64,000 nt of DNA from positions 21,633-85,632 of IMG/VR virus record IMGVR_UViG_3300032287_001974. The stretch is one strand, 5' to 3'. The DNA comes from a virus. The notes under the pieces were generated by a model. The model saw nothing but the letters and a program-made list of their open reading frames with translations. It did not search any database and was not told where the DNA came from. Positions 45,347 through 54,315 of this stretch are shown piece after piece (the stretch's first letter is position 1; the number at the start of each line of letters is the position of its first letter). Both the position numbers and the translations under genes were made by a program.

Positions 45347-45628
45347 ATGTCTGAAACACCAGAAGAGCAATTCCTACGCGTAGGAGCAGGAAGTAACCCA
45401 CAGTCGGTTGCCTCGGCTATTGCGCACGCCATTTATGAGAATGGCACCTGTAAACTACGCGCTGTAGGCGCGGGAGCAGTAAACCAGGCGGTAAAGGCTA
45501 TAGCCATTGCCAGCGGGTACACAGCCCCTCGCGGAATTAGCCTAGTTTGCATCCCAGGCTTCGCATCCGTAGAAAGCAACGGAGACACAATCAGCGCGAT
45601 TGTGTTTAAAGTAAATTCAGTTAGCTAA
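45347..45628 (+). CDS. SpoVS-family protein
   Basis: SNPQSVASAIA...AVGAGAVNQAVKAIAIASGY.AP.G...PGF. Confidence 0.88.
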   Translation: MSETPEEQFLRVGAGSNPQSVASAIAHAIYENGTCKLRAVGAGAVNQAVKAIAIASGYTAPRGISLVCIPGFASVESNGDTISAIVFKVNSVS

Positions 45629-45690
45629 GACTAACGGGGCTTACACGCTGTATCGTTGAAGTACTAACCCTTTAGGCCAAAGAGGTAATC

Positions 45691-46008
45691 ATGGACCAAC
45701 CAAAAAGCAAGTTCCCTACCATGGGAACCAGCTCAGCTAACGCTAAGAACGCGTCGGCTGAGGGAACCACAGGCAAGATGATGAAGAAGACCGGTAACGC
45801 TAAGGGTGGAACTGACCCTTACGTACAGGCAAAACCATCTCGTGCCAACGTCAAGGCTACTGGCGGTGCCGCATACGGCATCAAGACCAAAATGCCTTCA
45901 TACGTAGACCCACAGATCGGTGCCACACAGGGCAACGGTCGCCTGTTTACTGCAGCAGTTAACCGCACGAAGCCAAACTTCGAAGCTGGAATGACCAACT
46001 ATAACTAA
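45691..46008 (+). CDS. Hypothetical basic protein
   Basis: GAGG RBS; followed by terminator. Confidence 0.6.
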   Translation: MDQPKSKFPTMGTSSANAKNASAEGTTGKMMKKTGNAKGGTDPYVQAKPSRANVKATGGAAYGIKTKMPSYVDPQIGATQGNGRLFTAAVNRTKPNFEAGMTNYN

Positions 46009-46025
46009 ATAGTTTTAAGCAAATA

Positions 46026-46050
46026 GCCCGCCAGAAATGGCGGGTTTTTT
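46026..46050 (+). terminator. Intrinsic terminator
   Basis: GCCCGCCA-GAAA-TGGCGGGT plus T-run. Confidence 0.8.
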
Positions 46051-46157
46051 GTTGCCTTGACAAGATAGAATTATTGCCGGATAATCGTGTCATAGCGCGA
46101 TAATGCGTGTTACAGTATAACTAAGTGGCATTTGCCACCCTATGAGGAGAGACCATA

Positions 46158-46400
46158 GTGCTACTAGACGAACTAAAGGACCTGGTCAAAAGGTCAGAAC
46201 TACAAGGATGCGTAGTCGGTGTATGGGTAGTCACCCAAGAGCCCGAATTTCAAGAGGTGTTTAGCCTGTTGCGCCACAGGCCCAATTTAAATCTAACCGA
46301 GGCGCTAAACCTAATTAAAAAGTACCAGTCAGATCTACCATTCAAACGAACGTCGTTTGTAATGCACATGAGAGGAAGCTGCACTTGTCCGATAGCTTAG
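46158..46400 (+). CDS. Hypothetical protein
   Basis: GAGGAG RBS; H..G.C.C C-terminus. Confidence 0.6.
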   Translation: MLLDELKDLVKRSELQGCVVGVWVVTQEPEFQEVFSLLRHRPNLNLTEALNLIKKYQSDLPFKRTSFVMHMRGSCTCPIA

Positions 46401-47395
46401 CCGCCCAATTAAAGGCGTTACTGCAAGAAGATCCATACGCACCATTCCCAATTCGCCAGGCTGAGAAGATGACAATCAAGCCATCTACCACCAAGCCTAG
46501 CAAAAGTAAGAACGGCTGGAAGTTAGCAGCGTTGCTACCCGACACCCAGATTGGTTACCGCGTTTACGAAGACGGTTCGGTAATTGAGTTCCACTCAGAG
46601 CCAGCAATTGATATCGCCCTACAAATTGTTAAGTACGCGAACGAAGAGTTTGGCGTAGACACGATTGTAAACTTGGGCGACACCCTTGACCTACCGGCGC
46701 AGAGCCGCCACCACCAGGAGATCGCGTTTCAGAACTCGACTAACTTGGCAATCCAGCGTGCGTACGAGTACCTAGCAGCCCAGCGAGCCACCGCTCCGGA
46801 TGCTCAAATCGTATTTTTGGAGGGAAACCACGATTGCCGTATTTATAAATACTTGTCAGAGAACGCCCCGGCCGTAGCAAACATGCGTCAGGCCGGTACT
46901 ACTTCAAGTGATTGGCCGGTTAACAGCCTACCGCACCTACTGCGCATGGACGAATTAAAAGTAGACTACGCCAGTGGTTACCCGGCCGGCGAGTTCTGGC
47001 TGAACGAGAACCTACGTTGCATCCACGGCGACCGCGTTAATTCCGCAGGTAGCACAGCCATGAAGTACATCAATTCTAACCACCACGTATCCGTAATTTA
47101 CGGGCACATCCACCGTATTGAGATGCTATACCACACGAATCATACAAGCACAGGCCCCGCTAGAAACGCCGCGTTCAGCCCTGGTTGCCTGTGTAGAGTA
47201 GATGGGTCAGTTCCAAGTGTAAAGGGTGGCATCACCCCTAATGAGAAACCAGTCAAGTATTGGGAGAACTGGCAGCAGGGCGTCGGCTTCGCGTGGTATA
47301 AAGACACAGGCGAATTTACCCTTCTGTCAGTCCCAATCCTTGACGATTGGGCAGTATTTATGGGACGCGAGTTTACCGCAAATAATCTTAAATAA
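46385..47395 (+). CDS. Calcineurin-like metallophosphoesterase
   Basis: PDTQ, LGDTLD, EGNHD, IHG, GHIHR. Confidence 0.85.
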   Translation: MSDSLAAQLKALLQEDPYAPFPIRQAEKMTIKPSTTKPSKSKNGWKLAALLPDTQIGYRVYEDGSVIEFHSEPAIDIALQIVKYANEEFGVDTIVNLGDTLDLPAQSRHHQEIAFQNSTNLAIQRAYEYLAAQRATAPDAQIVFLEGNHDCRIYKYLSENAPAVANMRQAGTTSSDWPVNSLPHLLRMDELKVDYASGYPAGEFWLNENLRCIHGDRVNSAGSTAMKYINSNHHVSVIYGHIHRIEMLYHTNHTSTGPARNAAFSPGCLCRVDGSVPSVKGGITPNEKPVKYWENWQQGVGFAWYKDTGEFTLLSVPILDDWAVFMGREFTANNLK

Positions 47396-47412
47396 CTAAC
47401 TACACTGGACTT

Positions 47413-47940
47413 ATGTCCAATCCAAATCAGAATACCCAGAGCCTAGGTGCAGGTGGCCTTTACGGTACCTACACTAACTACGGTGGTGGCGGTACTCCAG
47501 TTGCGCGTTCTGAGATGGACTTCATGCGCATGGGTGTTGGCCGCGAGCCTAGCGCAGAGTACCCAAACGGTTATCTAGGTACAATTCGTTCACGCCGTGA
47601 CGACCGTGGTCGCCCTAACAGCGTATCTGAACAGGTATTGCAGGGCCTAAAGGTTCGCCAAACCCAGCGTGGTTACCAGCGCGGTGTTCACCGTGGTGAG
47701 CGAATTGATCAGAACGATTACTACCTACCAACAGAACTAAGTGCTGACCGCGGAATCCGCAGACAAATGTCAGCTGCACGCAAGGGCGTGCCAACCCCAA
47801 GATTTGCACCAGTGTTTGCGCTTGCCCCTGCCCCACACCTAGTGAATGACGGCAAGGCAAACATGCGTTCAAATGAGCCGTTTGAGATGAACAAAGTTCG
47901 TCAGTCACAGCTCGCCAACATGAAACCAAACTGGAGGTAA
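47413..47940 (+). CDS. Hypothetical Arg/Gly-rich protein
   Basis: PSAEYPNGYLGTI..YQRGVHRGERID. Confidence 0.65.
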   Translation: MSNPNQNTQSLGAGGLYGTYTNYGGGGTPVARSEMDFMRMGVGREPSAEYPNGYLGTIRSRRDDRGRPNSVSEQVLQGLKVRQTQRGYQRGVHRGERIDQNDYYLPTELSADRGIRRQMSAARKGVPTPRFAPVFALAPAPHLVNDGKANMRSNEPFEMNKVRQSQLANMKPNWR

Positions 47941-47943
47941 ATA

Positions 47944-48225
47944 GTCCCAGCATTAGTAGGATTGCTAGCACGAGGTGCAGCAGCAGTAGGACTCCGTGGC
48001 GCAGCCGCAGGAGGAGGAGCAGCCGCGGGCGGAGCAGCTGCAGGTGGCGGAGCCGCATCTGCAATCGGTACTGCGTCACGCGTCGCTATGTTTTCCAGCG
48101 CGCTTGGCGGCGGAGACGATAAGGAATCAAAAGCCCCGCCCTCAGATGCGGAACAGTACACAGCATCGGAACAAAACTCGGCAATTAGCCGTTCATCAGA
48201 GTTTAAAACGGGCGGAACTTATTAA
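47944..48225 (+). CDS. Ala/Gly-rich hypothetical protein; proposed GTC start
   Basis: GGAGG at 47933-47937, 6 nt before in-frame GTC47944; TAA coupled to next ATG. Confidence 0.55.
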   Translation, partial: VPALVGLLARGAAAVGLRGAAAGGGAAAGGAAAGGGAASAIGTASRVAMFSSALGGGDDKESKAPPSDAEQYTASEQNSAISRSSEFKTGGTY

Positions 48226-48581
48226 TGCCTAATACCCCAAACGGTAAGTATGGAATGCGTGCCTGGGACAAGCCAGTAGGCGTCCCAGCTCAAGCTGCAT
48301 ACCCGCCCCAGGCATACATCGGTCCTTTTGCGTCTAACCAAGAGCGTTTATTGTCACAATCAATGGAGATTGGTAATATGACCGCAGCAGAAATACAGCA
48401 ATACGTACGACCACCGCTGCCACAGGTGGAGCTATTCCCGGATCGTTATGGCTATACCCCGTTTGAGTACAGCATTGACGACATTGTAAAGGTAACTGGT
48501 CGTTCTAACGAGCGCACGGATTACTCGCAGATCCCAAACCCGTTGCAGTCTACTAGCCGCAACACGCTGGGTCAGGTGTAA
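48225..48581 (+). CDS. Hypothetical protein
   Basis: Coupled ORF. Confidence 0.6.
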   Translation: MPNTPNGKYGMRAWDKPVGVPAQAAYPPQAYIGPFASNQERLLSQSMEIGNMTAAEIQQYVRPPLPQVELFPDRYGYTPFEYSIDDIVKVTGRSNERTDYSQIPNPLQSTSRNTLGQV

Positions 48582-48590
48582 AATATTTAA

Positions 48591-48803
48591 ATGGTCCAGT
48601 TAAATTACGTAGATCCAACAGGCGACGGTACGCCGTACCCTACACCATACCCAGCCGGCCTGGACAAGACGATTTACAACGGGTCAGCCAACTGTAACGG
48701 CTGCGGAATCATCATGAACCCAGTTCAAGTATTAAATTCGGACATTTGCCCATCGTGCTCGCGCGAAAAAGCAGCCCGACGAGTCGCCAACAAGATGGCA
48801 TAA
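48591..48803 (+). CDS. Small zinc-finger protein
   Basis: CNGCG..MNP..CPSC. Confidence 0.6.
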   Translation: MVQLNYVDPTGDGTPYPTPYPAGLDKTIYNGSANCNGCGIIMNPVQVLNSDICPSCSREKAARRVANKMA

Positions 48804-48811
48804 GGAGAATT

Positions 48812-48970
48812 ATGGCAGCCCCAGACCGCGCTAAAGACCCAAAGCGTACGTTTAATCACCCACTTGACGCCCTGCGTTACCACGTTTCTGGTGCCGTAGA
48901 GCGCGGGGAAAAAGAACCTATCGTCGAGGTTCCCGTTTCAAAGAGCCCGAAAGGGAAAAAGGACAAATAA
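48812..48970 (+). CDS. Small hypothetical protein
   Basis: AAGGAG RBS; LRYHVSGAVERGE. Confidence 0.6.
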   Translation: MAAPDRAKDPKRTFNHPLDALRYHVSGAVERGEKEPIVEVPVSKSPKGKKDK

Positions 48971-48972
48971 TC

Positions 48973-49179
48973 ATGGCAGTAAACAAGTCGCGTTCGGAGA
49001 ACGCAAGCCTACTAGAAGGCGCAACTGACGGTAAGTACCGCAAGGCACGCCCTAACACTACTGTCGCACCAGGAATGGGCGACCAGCTAGTTAAGCAAGA
49101 TCGCTCGGGCCTACACCCGTACTGGAACTACGGTTTTGTAAACAGCGAAGCACCAGACAAGCGCAACCCAGGAAAGTAA
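48973..49179 (+). CDS. Small hypothetical protein
   Basis: AAGGA RBS; GATDGKYRKARP. Confidence 0.6.
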   Translation: MAVNKSRSENASLLEGATDGKYRKARPNTTVAPGMGDQLVKQDRSGLHPYWNYGFVNSEAPDKRNPGK

Positions 49180-49181
49180 TT

Positions 49182-49547
49182 GTGGAGCCCCAAGAACCTC
49201 AGCTAGACCCTAATAGCAAGGACAAACGGGCACAACCTGATCCAATTACAATGAGGTTTGAGAAACCAGAGCCAACAACTTTAGCAGACCTAAAAGTTGA
49301 TTCTGTTACAGGCAACTACAAGGGAACCAAGTCTACTGAGGCCGGAAAAGAAGTTGATACTAAGGCTGAAATTTCTAAAATTAGGGCAGATAGAACAAGA
49401 AACGCCGAGGCTTCTGCATCGGCTAGACAATTTATTCAGGAACACTCAGACGAAATAACAGCAATGCGAGCCCCTAAACCAAGCAAAAGATATGTTAACT
49501 ACATGAAAAAGAAACTTGCCGCAGAAAAAGCGGCACGTGAGAAGTAA
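49182..49547 (+). CDS. Hypothetical protein
   Basis: ORF track. Confidence 0.55.
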   Translation: MEPQEPQLDPNSKDKRAQPDPITMRFEKPEPTTLADLKVDSVTGNYKGTKSTEAGKEVDTKAEISKIRADRTRNAEASASARQFIQEHSDEITAMRAPKPSKRYVNYMKKKLAAEKAAREK

Positions 49548-49579
49548 ACTGAATAAGCACCAAATAAAGGAAAGTAATC

Positions 49580-50272
49580 ATGCCACAGCCAGGTAGACAA
49601 GAATTAAGCCGCGTAGAAGTTAACAAGGCTAAAGCGGACGGAACTAAAGACAACCGTCGTAAGAGCCCGCTTCGTGTTGAAACCCAGACTAAGACCGCCG
49701 CTGAAAAAGTAATTAAGGCCGGTAAAAAGCGCGCTGAAATGACTGTCGATCCTAATCTGGGGTTGGACCTACAGCCAGCTAAGCAAATGAGTGCCGCTGC
49801 CGCTGCTAAAGCCGACATGAAAGCCGCTGGCTGGACACGCGTTACAACACGCGAAGCCGTAGCAAAGACCATGGCAGACACCGCTGCATCAAAACCAAAA
49901 CGCGTTACAGAAGCCGCTGACATGGTACAGATGCGCGAACTACAAGGCCGTCAAGTAGGCCACCTTGAGCAAGCCCAGAAGCGTTTTGAGTCGGCCCCGG
50001 CTGGCGCAGACAAAGAAAAATTGCGCAGACAAATTGGTCGTTCCATGCAGTCGGGAATTGTCCCTCACACCTCAAGCATCACCCAACTAGCGTGCCAAAC
50101 CCCTAATTGTGATAAAAGCGTTAAACTTGCTGGAGACATTAACGACCAGCCTAACGGCGACGTGGTATGTAATGACTGCTACAACAAGGGCGACAAGGCC
50201 GGTGCAGAGTACCGTGACCGCCCTGAGAACGTAGCCGGCAGCGTCAGTGGATCACGCCGTAGCCGCGGCTAA
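49580..50272 (+). CDS. Basic protein with C-terminal zinc finger
   Basis: CQTPNC...CNDC. Confidence 0.6.
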   Translation: MPQPGRQELSRVEVNKAKADGTKDNRRKSPLRVETQTKTAAEKVIKAGKKRAEMTVDPNLGLDLQPAKQMSAAAAAKADMKAAGWTRVTTREAVAKTMADTAASKPKRVTEAADMVQMRELQGRQVGHLEQAQKRFESAPAGADKEKLRRQIGRSMQSGIVPHTSSITQLACQTPNCDKSVKLAGDINDQPNGDVVCNDCYNKGDKAGAEYRDRPENVAGSVSGSRRSRG

Positions 50273-50327
50273 CATTACAATTAAAACAATTATGATAGGC
50301 TAAACACCTATTTACTAGGAGCATTAT

Positions 50328-50840
50328 ATGAGCAACCTTGCTGAACAAGAACCGCATTTCCGCTTACTCGTTTGCCGTACCTGCAGCACCATCGAAGAGC
50401 TACCAGGTGCAGACGAAGACCCAGGCGATACCCTGCTAACCATAGCAGCAGAGCGTCACAGCGACACCCACTACGGAGTTCTATGGAACGTGCCAAAGGG
50501 TATTTGGATGGCCCCAAAGATGAAAGAAGCCGTAATCGAGCAGATTCACGGCAAGATTGGTTCGGGCCTTGATTCGTTTGGAACTAAGTTCTATGAAACA
50601 AAGAGTCAGTTTAGCGAAGACGCTATGACCTGTTTCAGCCTCCACAATCGTCCTGCTGGTCAGTGCTATGACTACAAGACTGAGAAGAAGTGGCTATCCC
50701 CAAAGACCGAACAAGAGCGCCGCGCTGCGGGCCTACCGGTAGAAGCACGCGGCCCTAAGATTTATCTATGCGACTTCTGCCCAGTTAAATCCTTTAATAT
50801 GAAAAAACACAACGAAGCAACAGGAGCGTACAACGACTAA
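50328..50840 (+). CDS. Cys/His-rich hypothetical protein
   Basis: CRTC, CFSLH..C, LCDFCP; AGGAG RBS. Confidence 0.65.
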   Translation: MSNLAEQEPHFRLLVCRTCSTIEELPGADEDPGDTLLTIAAERHSDTHYGVLWNVPKGIWMAPKMKEAVIEQIHGKIGSGLDSFGTKFYETKSQFSEDAMTCFSLHNRPAGQCYDYKTEKKWLSPKTEQERRAAGLPVEARGPKIYLCDFCPVKSFNMKKHNEATGAYND

Positions 50841-51139
50841 TGGAACACGAAAACACCCCCGAAGAGGCAGTAGAAACTTTCGAAACCGCCTTTATCCTTA
50901 TGAAGTCGGCCGACGGTAACTGGCGCGTGACCAGCGACCTGGCCACACCCTTTGCCATTTCAGAGAGCCCAAGCCGGTCAGATGTTCGAATCGGGTGCCT
51001 AGAGATTGCCAGAATCATTGACCAGCAGGACATGGCTACTTTGGTTCTAGAAGCGCTTGAGCAAAATTCGATGACGGATAGCCAGCGGATCAGTGCCTCA
51101 ATGAGAGATGCTGTATCTAGGAGAACTTCCACCGAATAA
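50840..51139 (+). CDS. Hypothetical protein
   Basis: Coupled ORF. Confidence 0.6.
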   Translation: MEHENTPEEAVETFETAFILMKSADGNWRVTSDLATPFAISESPSRSDVRIGCLEIARIIDQQDMATLVLEALEQNSMTDSQRISASMRDAVSRRTSTE

Positions 51140-51149
51140 GGAGTCCACG

Positions 51150-51353
51150 ATGTTTGTTGAAATGTCATGCGCATGCGGCGCTGCACTGCAGGTTGATGGG
51201 CTTGAAGACACTTACATAATGCTTATGGGCAATCGATTCGCAGAATCACACACCGGGTGTGGGTTTGTAACTCCGCTAAACGGAGATGGGCCCAAAGTTA
51301 CCCGACGTGAGCCAATCAGGCCACGAATTTTTTTAGAAGACGACGAGGATTAA
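51150..51353 (+). CDS. Small metal-binding protein
   Basis: AAGGAG RBS; CACGA..HTGCG. Confidence 0.55.
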   Translation: MFVEMSCACGAALQVDGLEDTYIMLMGNRFAESHTGCGFVTPLNGDGPKVTRREPIRPRIFLEDDED

Positions 51354-52244
51354 ATGTTAGAACCAGCAGAAACTTCCTATTTCAGCCGCCCGTCGGCCGG
51401 ATTAGACCCGCGCCTGTTCAAAAGCGGAAGGTTAGATTCATCTATTAGATCCGCTATCCTACAATTGCTATTAAACCACTTAAATAGCCTCTATACGGGC
51501 GCTGAAGGCTGGTCTGAGGCATGGTTGGCCGGATCTGGTGTGTCGTATCAGTGGGCCGCTCAGCGCGAGCCTGGTGACCTTGACTGCTTGGTGGGTGTTA
51601 ACTTCCCTCGGTTCAGAGAATCAAATACACAATACCGAGGACTAAGCGATAAAGAAATTGCTGAAACCATAAATGAGGGGTTCAGAGACAGCCTACAGTC
51701 AAAGACTGAGCTATTTATGGGTACATTTGAGCTTACTTTCTATGTCAATGTCAGTTCAAATATTATCGACATCAAGCCGTATGCAGCGTACTCCTTGACA
51801 AATGACGACTGGGTTGTTACACCAAGCCCATTTGGTCAGGAAGTAGTGCCTGAGTGGGAAAAAGCCGTTGAGCGTGACCGCATGGATGCAATCGACATCC
51901 TAACTAGGTACACAACTGCTAAGAATCGCTACGAACAAGCCACAAATGACGCACTAAAAGCCAACGCACGCTCAGAAATGCGGGTAGCACAGGCTCAAGG
52001 CGTAACTTTATACGAGGGAATCCACTCAGAAAGAGCCAACGCGTTCAGTTCTAGTGGTGAGGGCTATGGCGACTTCTATAATTACCGCTGGCAATCAGGT
52101 AAAAGAACAGGCGTTGTTCAGTCACTTCGCAGCCTTAAAAAGGAAATGGAAGAGCAAGACCAAGAAATGCTATCTAAGACGTATGGTGTTGAGCTACCGG
52201 ATGCTAACACGCTCATACGTCGTGCCGCACTGCGTAAAAATTAA
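51354..52244 (+). CDS. Pol-beta superfamily nucleotidyltransferase
   Basis: LAGSGVSYQW....GDLDCLV..ELTFYV. Confidence 0.7.
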   Translation: MLEPAETSYFSRPSAGLDPRLFKSGRLDSSIRSAILQLLLNHLNSLYTGAEGWSEAWLAGSGVSYQWAAQREPGDLDCLVGVNFPRFRESNTQYRGLSDKEIAETINEGFRDSLQSKTELFMGTFELTFYVNVSSNIIDIKPYAAYSLTNDDWVVTPSPFGQEVVPEWEKAVERDRMDAIDILTRYTTAKNRYEQATNDALKANARSEMRVAQAQGVTLYEGIHSERANAFSSSGEGYGDFYNYRWQSGKRTGVVQSLRSLKKEMEEQDQEMLSKTYGVELPDANTLIRRAALRKN

Positions 52245-52260
52245 TTAGAAGGACTATATC

Positions 52261-52722
52261 GTGGCAATTGTCGTATTTATGGACGGCGTACTTCGCTCAG
52301 AACACCGTGTGCCGATCTTTGAAGGCATCATGTTATACAAGTCTGTCAATGTCAATGGCATTGTCATGGTTGCGTGTGATGACCAGGAGGAAGCGGCGCG
52401 CTGGTGCAAAGAGCACCGTATGAACGACATAGATGGGTTTATATCTAATAAAACCGTCGGAGAATACGAAAATAAAGATTTTTTAAAGGTACAGCACCAG
52501 CAGTCTACGGGCCCAGTGCACCTGGTTATCACGGCCGACGTAGAACTAGCCAAAACTTTGCTAGAAAAAGGTATTAAAACACTACTATTCCTGCACCCTA
52601 TTTATTTAAGTGCTAAGTTTAGACCTGATGGTAGAAGCGGGCGCAAGAGTTGGGGCGACTTGGTCGGTGAACTAGACCACCAAGTAGAAATGCTATTAGA
52701 CGACAAACGAATCGATAACTAA
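52261..52722 (+). CDS. Degenerate HAD-fold protein
   Basis: VVFMDGVLR (first Asp of DxD missing). Confidence 0.55.
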   Translation: MAIVVFMDGVLRSEHRVPIFEGIMLYKSVNVNGIVMVACDDQEEAARWCKEHRMNDIDGFISNKTVGEYENKDFLKVQHQQSTGPVHLVITADVELAKTLLEKGIKTLLFLHPIYLSAKFRPDGRSGRKSWGDLVGELDHQVEMLLDDKRIDN

Positions 52723-54173
52723 TGAACATTGTTTATCTGGGCGCAGATGTGCCTAGCAATCGCCTCATCTTAGAGAATATGTCGGCCACCCATGTTGCAG
52801 TAAGTGTTTGGGGTTTGATTCGCCGAGGGCTACCTAAAAATAAAAAATACCTGCTAGAAAACTATTTTCTAGACGGAGTTGAGATACATGTATACCCAGG
52901 CATCCCGGCGGCCAGCAAGCTCAGCGCGCAGGAACTGGAGGACTTTTGTGTCGAATACGAGTCATTTATTGCGGATAATCTGCACAGAATAGCATTATTT
53001 AGCGAAATTCAGCGCCCAGACCTACCTGAAGGGTTCGTAGATGCGCAGCGGATGAGCTGCTGGTCGGAAGTTCCAGAGGAAAAGTTTGCGGCGGTGTATG
53101 TAGATGGCGATTTAGAAAGCCTTGCTACCCGCTACTTAAATGTTTGTATACCGGGTGCTACCTTAGAGGCGCGGCCTGAACTTATCAGCCAGATCCGTCG
53201 CTTCGCGGACAGGCACGGAACTAAATTCCACGCTCTCGGGGTCGCTAAACCCGATTTAATGCGTAATACGCCATTTGAAACCATGTCTACCCTTGCTTGG
53301 CTGTCGCCTATGATGAGGGGCGAAACTATCGTGTGGCACGCAAACACCCTTACTCGCTACCCTAAACGCATGAAAGAGCAAGCGCGCTCGCGGTATAAGG
53401 CTGTTTACGAGCAAGCAAACTTAGACTTTGATAAGATTCTGGCTGATGACGCTACCGAGATAACTAAACTTGCTATCTGGTCGTATCAGCAGTTAGAAGC
53501 ATGGAATAACCGAACGGACGTAGTAACTATGAGTGAGCAATCATTACCCCCCGAAAATGCGGAAACACCCCCCTCTGATGTTGCTACGAGTGGTACTAAC
53601 ATGCGGAAACTTCAGGCACGAAACCCTGACGAAATTCGCACACTTCCAGTCTTAGGTGTCGAACTAACTAGGTCAATTGAAACCGACGAGAACGGCGTTG
53701 ATGTTCTGCGTGATGTGCCGATTATTAAGTCAAACAGCACTAGCCTACGAGTGTGCAACACTTGCTTTGTTAAGGATAACTGTCCTGCGTTCAAACCCGA
53801 CAACGCCTGTGCGTTTAATCTACCTGTCGAACTAAAGACCAAGGAACAATACAAGGCGTTTATTAACGCTTTCCTTGAAATGCAAGGGCAACGGGTGGCA
53901 TTCGCTAAGTTTACAGAGGACTTAAACGGCGGATATCCCGATCCTAACGTGGGTCAAGAGATGGACCGTTTCTTTAAAATGCTCAAGACAATTAAGGAAC
54001 TAGACGATTCTAAAGAAATGATTAGGATGACTGTCGAACGCTCTGGCTCGTCTGGTGTGCTGTCTGCTTTGTTCGGAGAAAGGGCCCAAAACCTTAACGA
54101 ACTTCCTAACGGCGGAGTGTCCGAAGAACAGCAAAAACAAATGTTTAAACGCATAGAACCAGACGACTCGTAG
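52722..54173 (+). CDS. TGT/DpdA-like TIM-barrel protein with Cys-rich C-terminal domain
   Basis: KFHALG..PF.TMSTLAW resembles HxLG/DSTSW of transglycosylase-like barrels; CNTC..CPAF..CAF. Confidence 0.45.
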   Translation: MNIVYLGADVPSNRLILENMSATHVAVSVWGLIRRGLPKNKKYLLENYFLDGVEIHVYPGIPAASKLSAQELEDFCVEYESFIADNLHRIALFSEIQRPDLPEGFVDAQRMSCWSEVPEEKFAAVYVDGDLESLATRYLNVCIPGATLEARPELISQIRRFADRHGTKFHALGVAKPDLMRNTPFETMSTLAWLSPMMRGETIVWHANTLTRYPKRMKEQARSRYKAVYEQANLDFDKILADDATEITKLAIWSYQQLEAWNNRTDVVTMSEQSLPPENAETPPSDVATSGTNMRKLQARNPDEIRTLPVLGVELTRSIETDENGVDVLRDVPIIKSNSTSLRVCNTCFVKDNCPAFKPDNACAFNLPVELKTKEQYKAFINAFLEMQGQRVAFAKFTEDLNGGYPDPNVGQEMDRFFKMLKTIKELDDSKEMIRMTVERSGSSGVLSALFGERAQNLNELPNGGVSEEQQKQMFKRIEPDDS

Positions 54174-54315
54174 TTACTACGAGTGCTGTTTTTTATATGA
54201 AACGGCATAGTCGCAAATTTATCCTCCAGAACAGGCCGCTGAGCCGCAGCTCAGCCGGTATACTAAATCTTCTACCCCCGCCAAAAACCCCAAAAAAGAA
54301 TAGGATGTGCTATTA

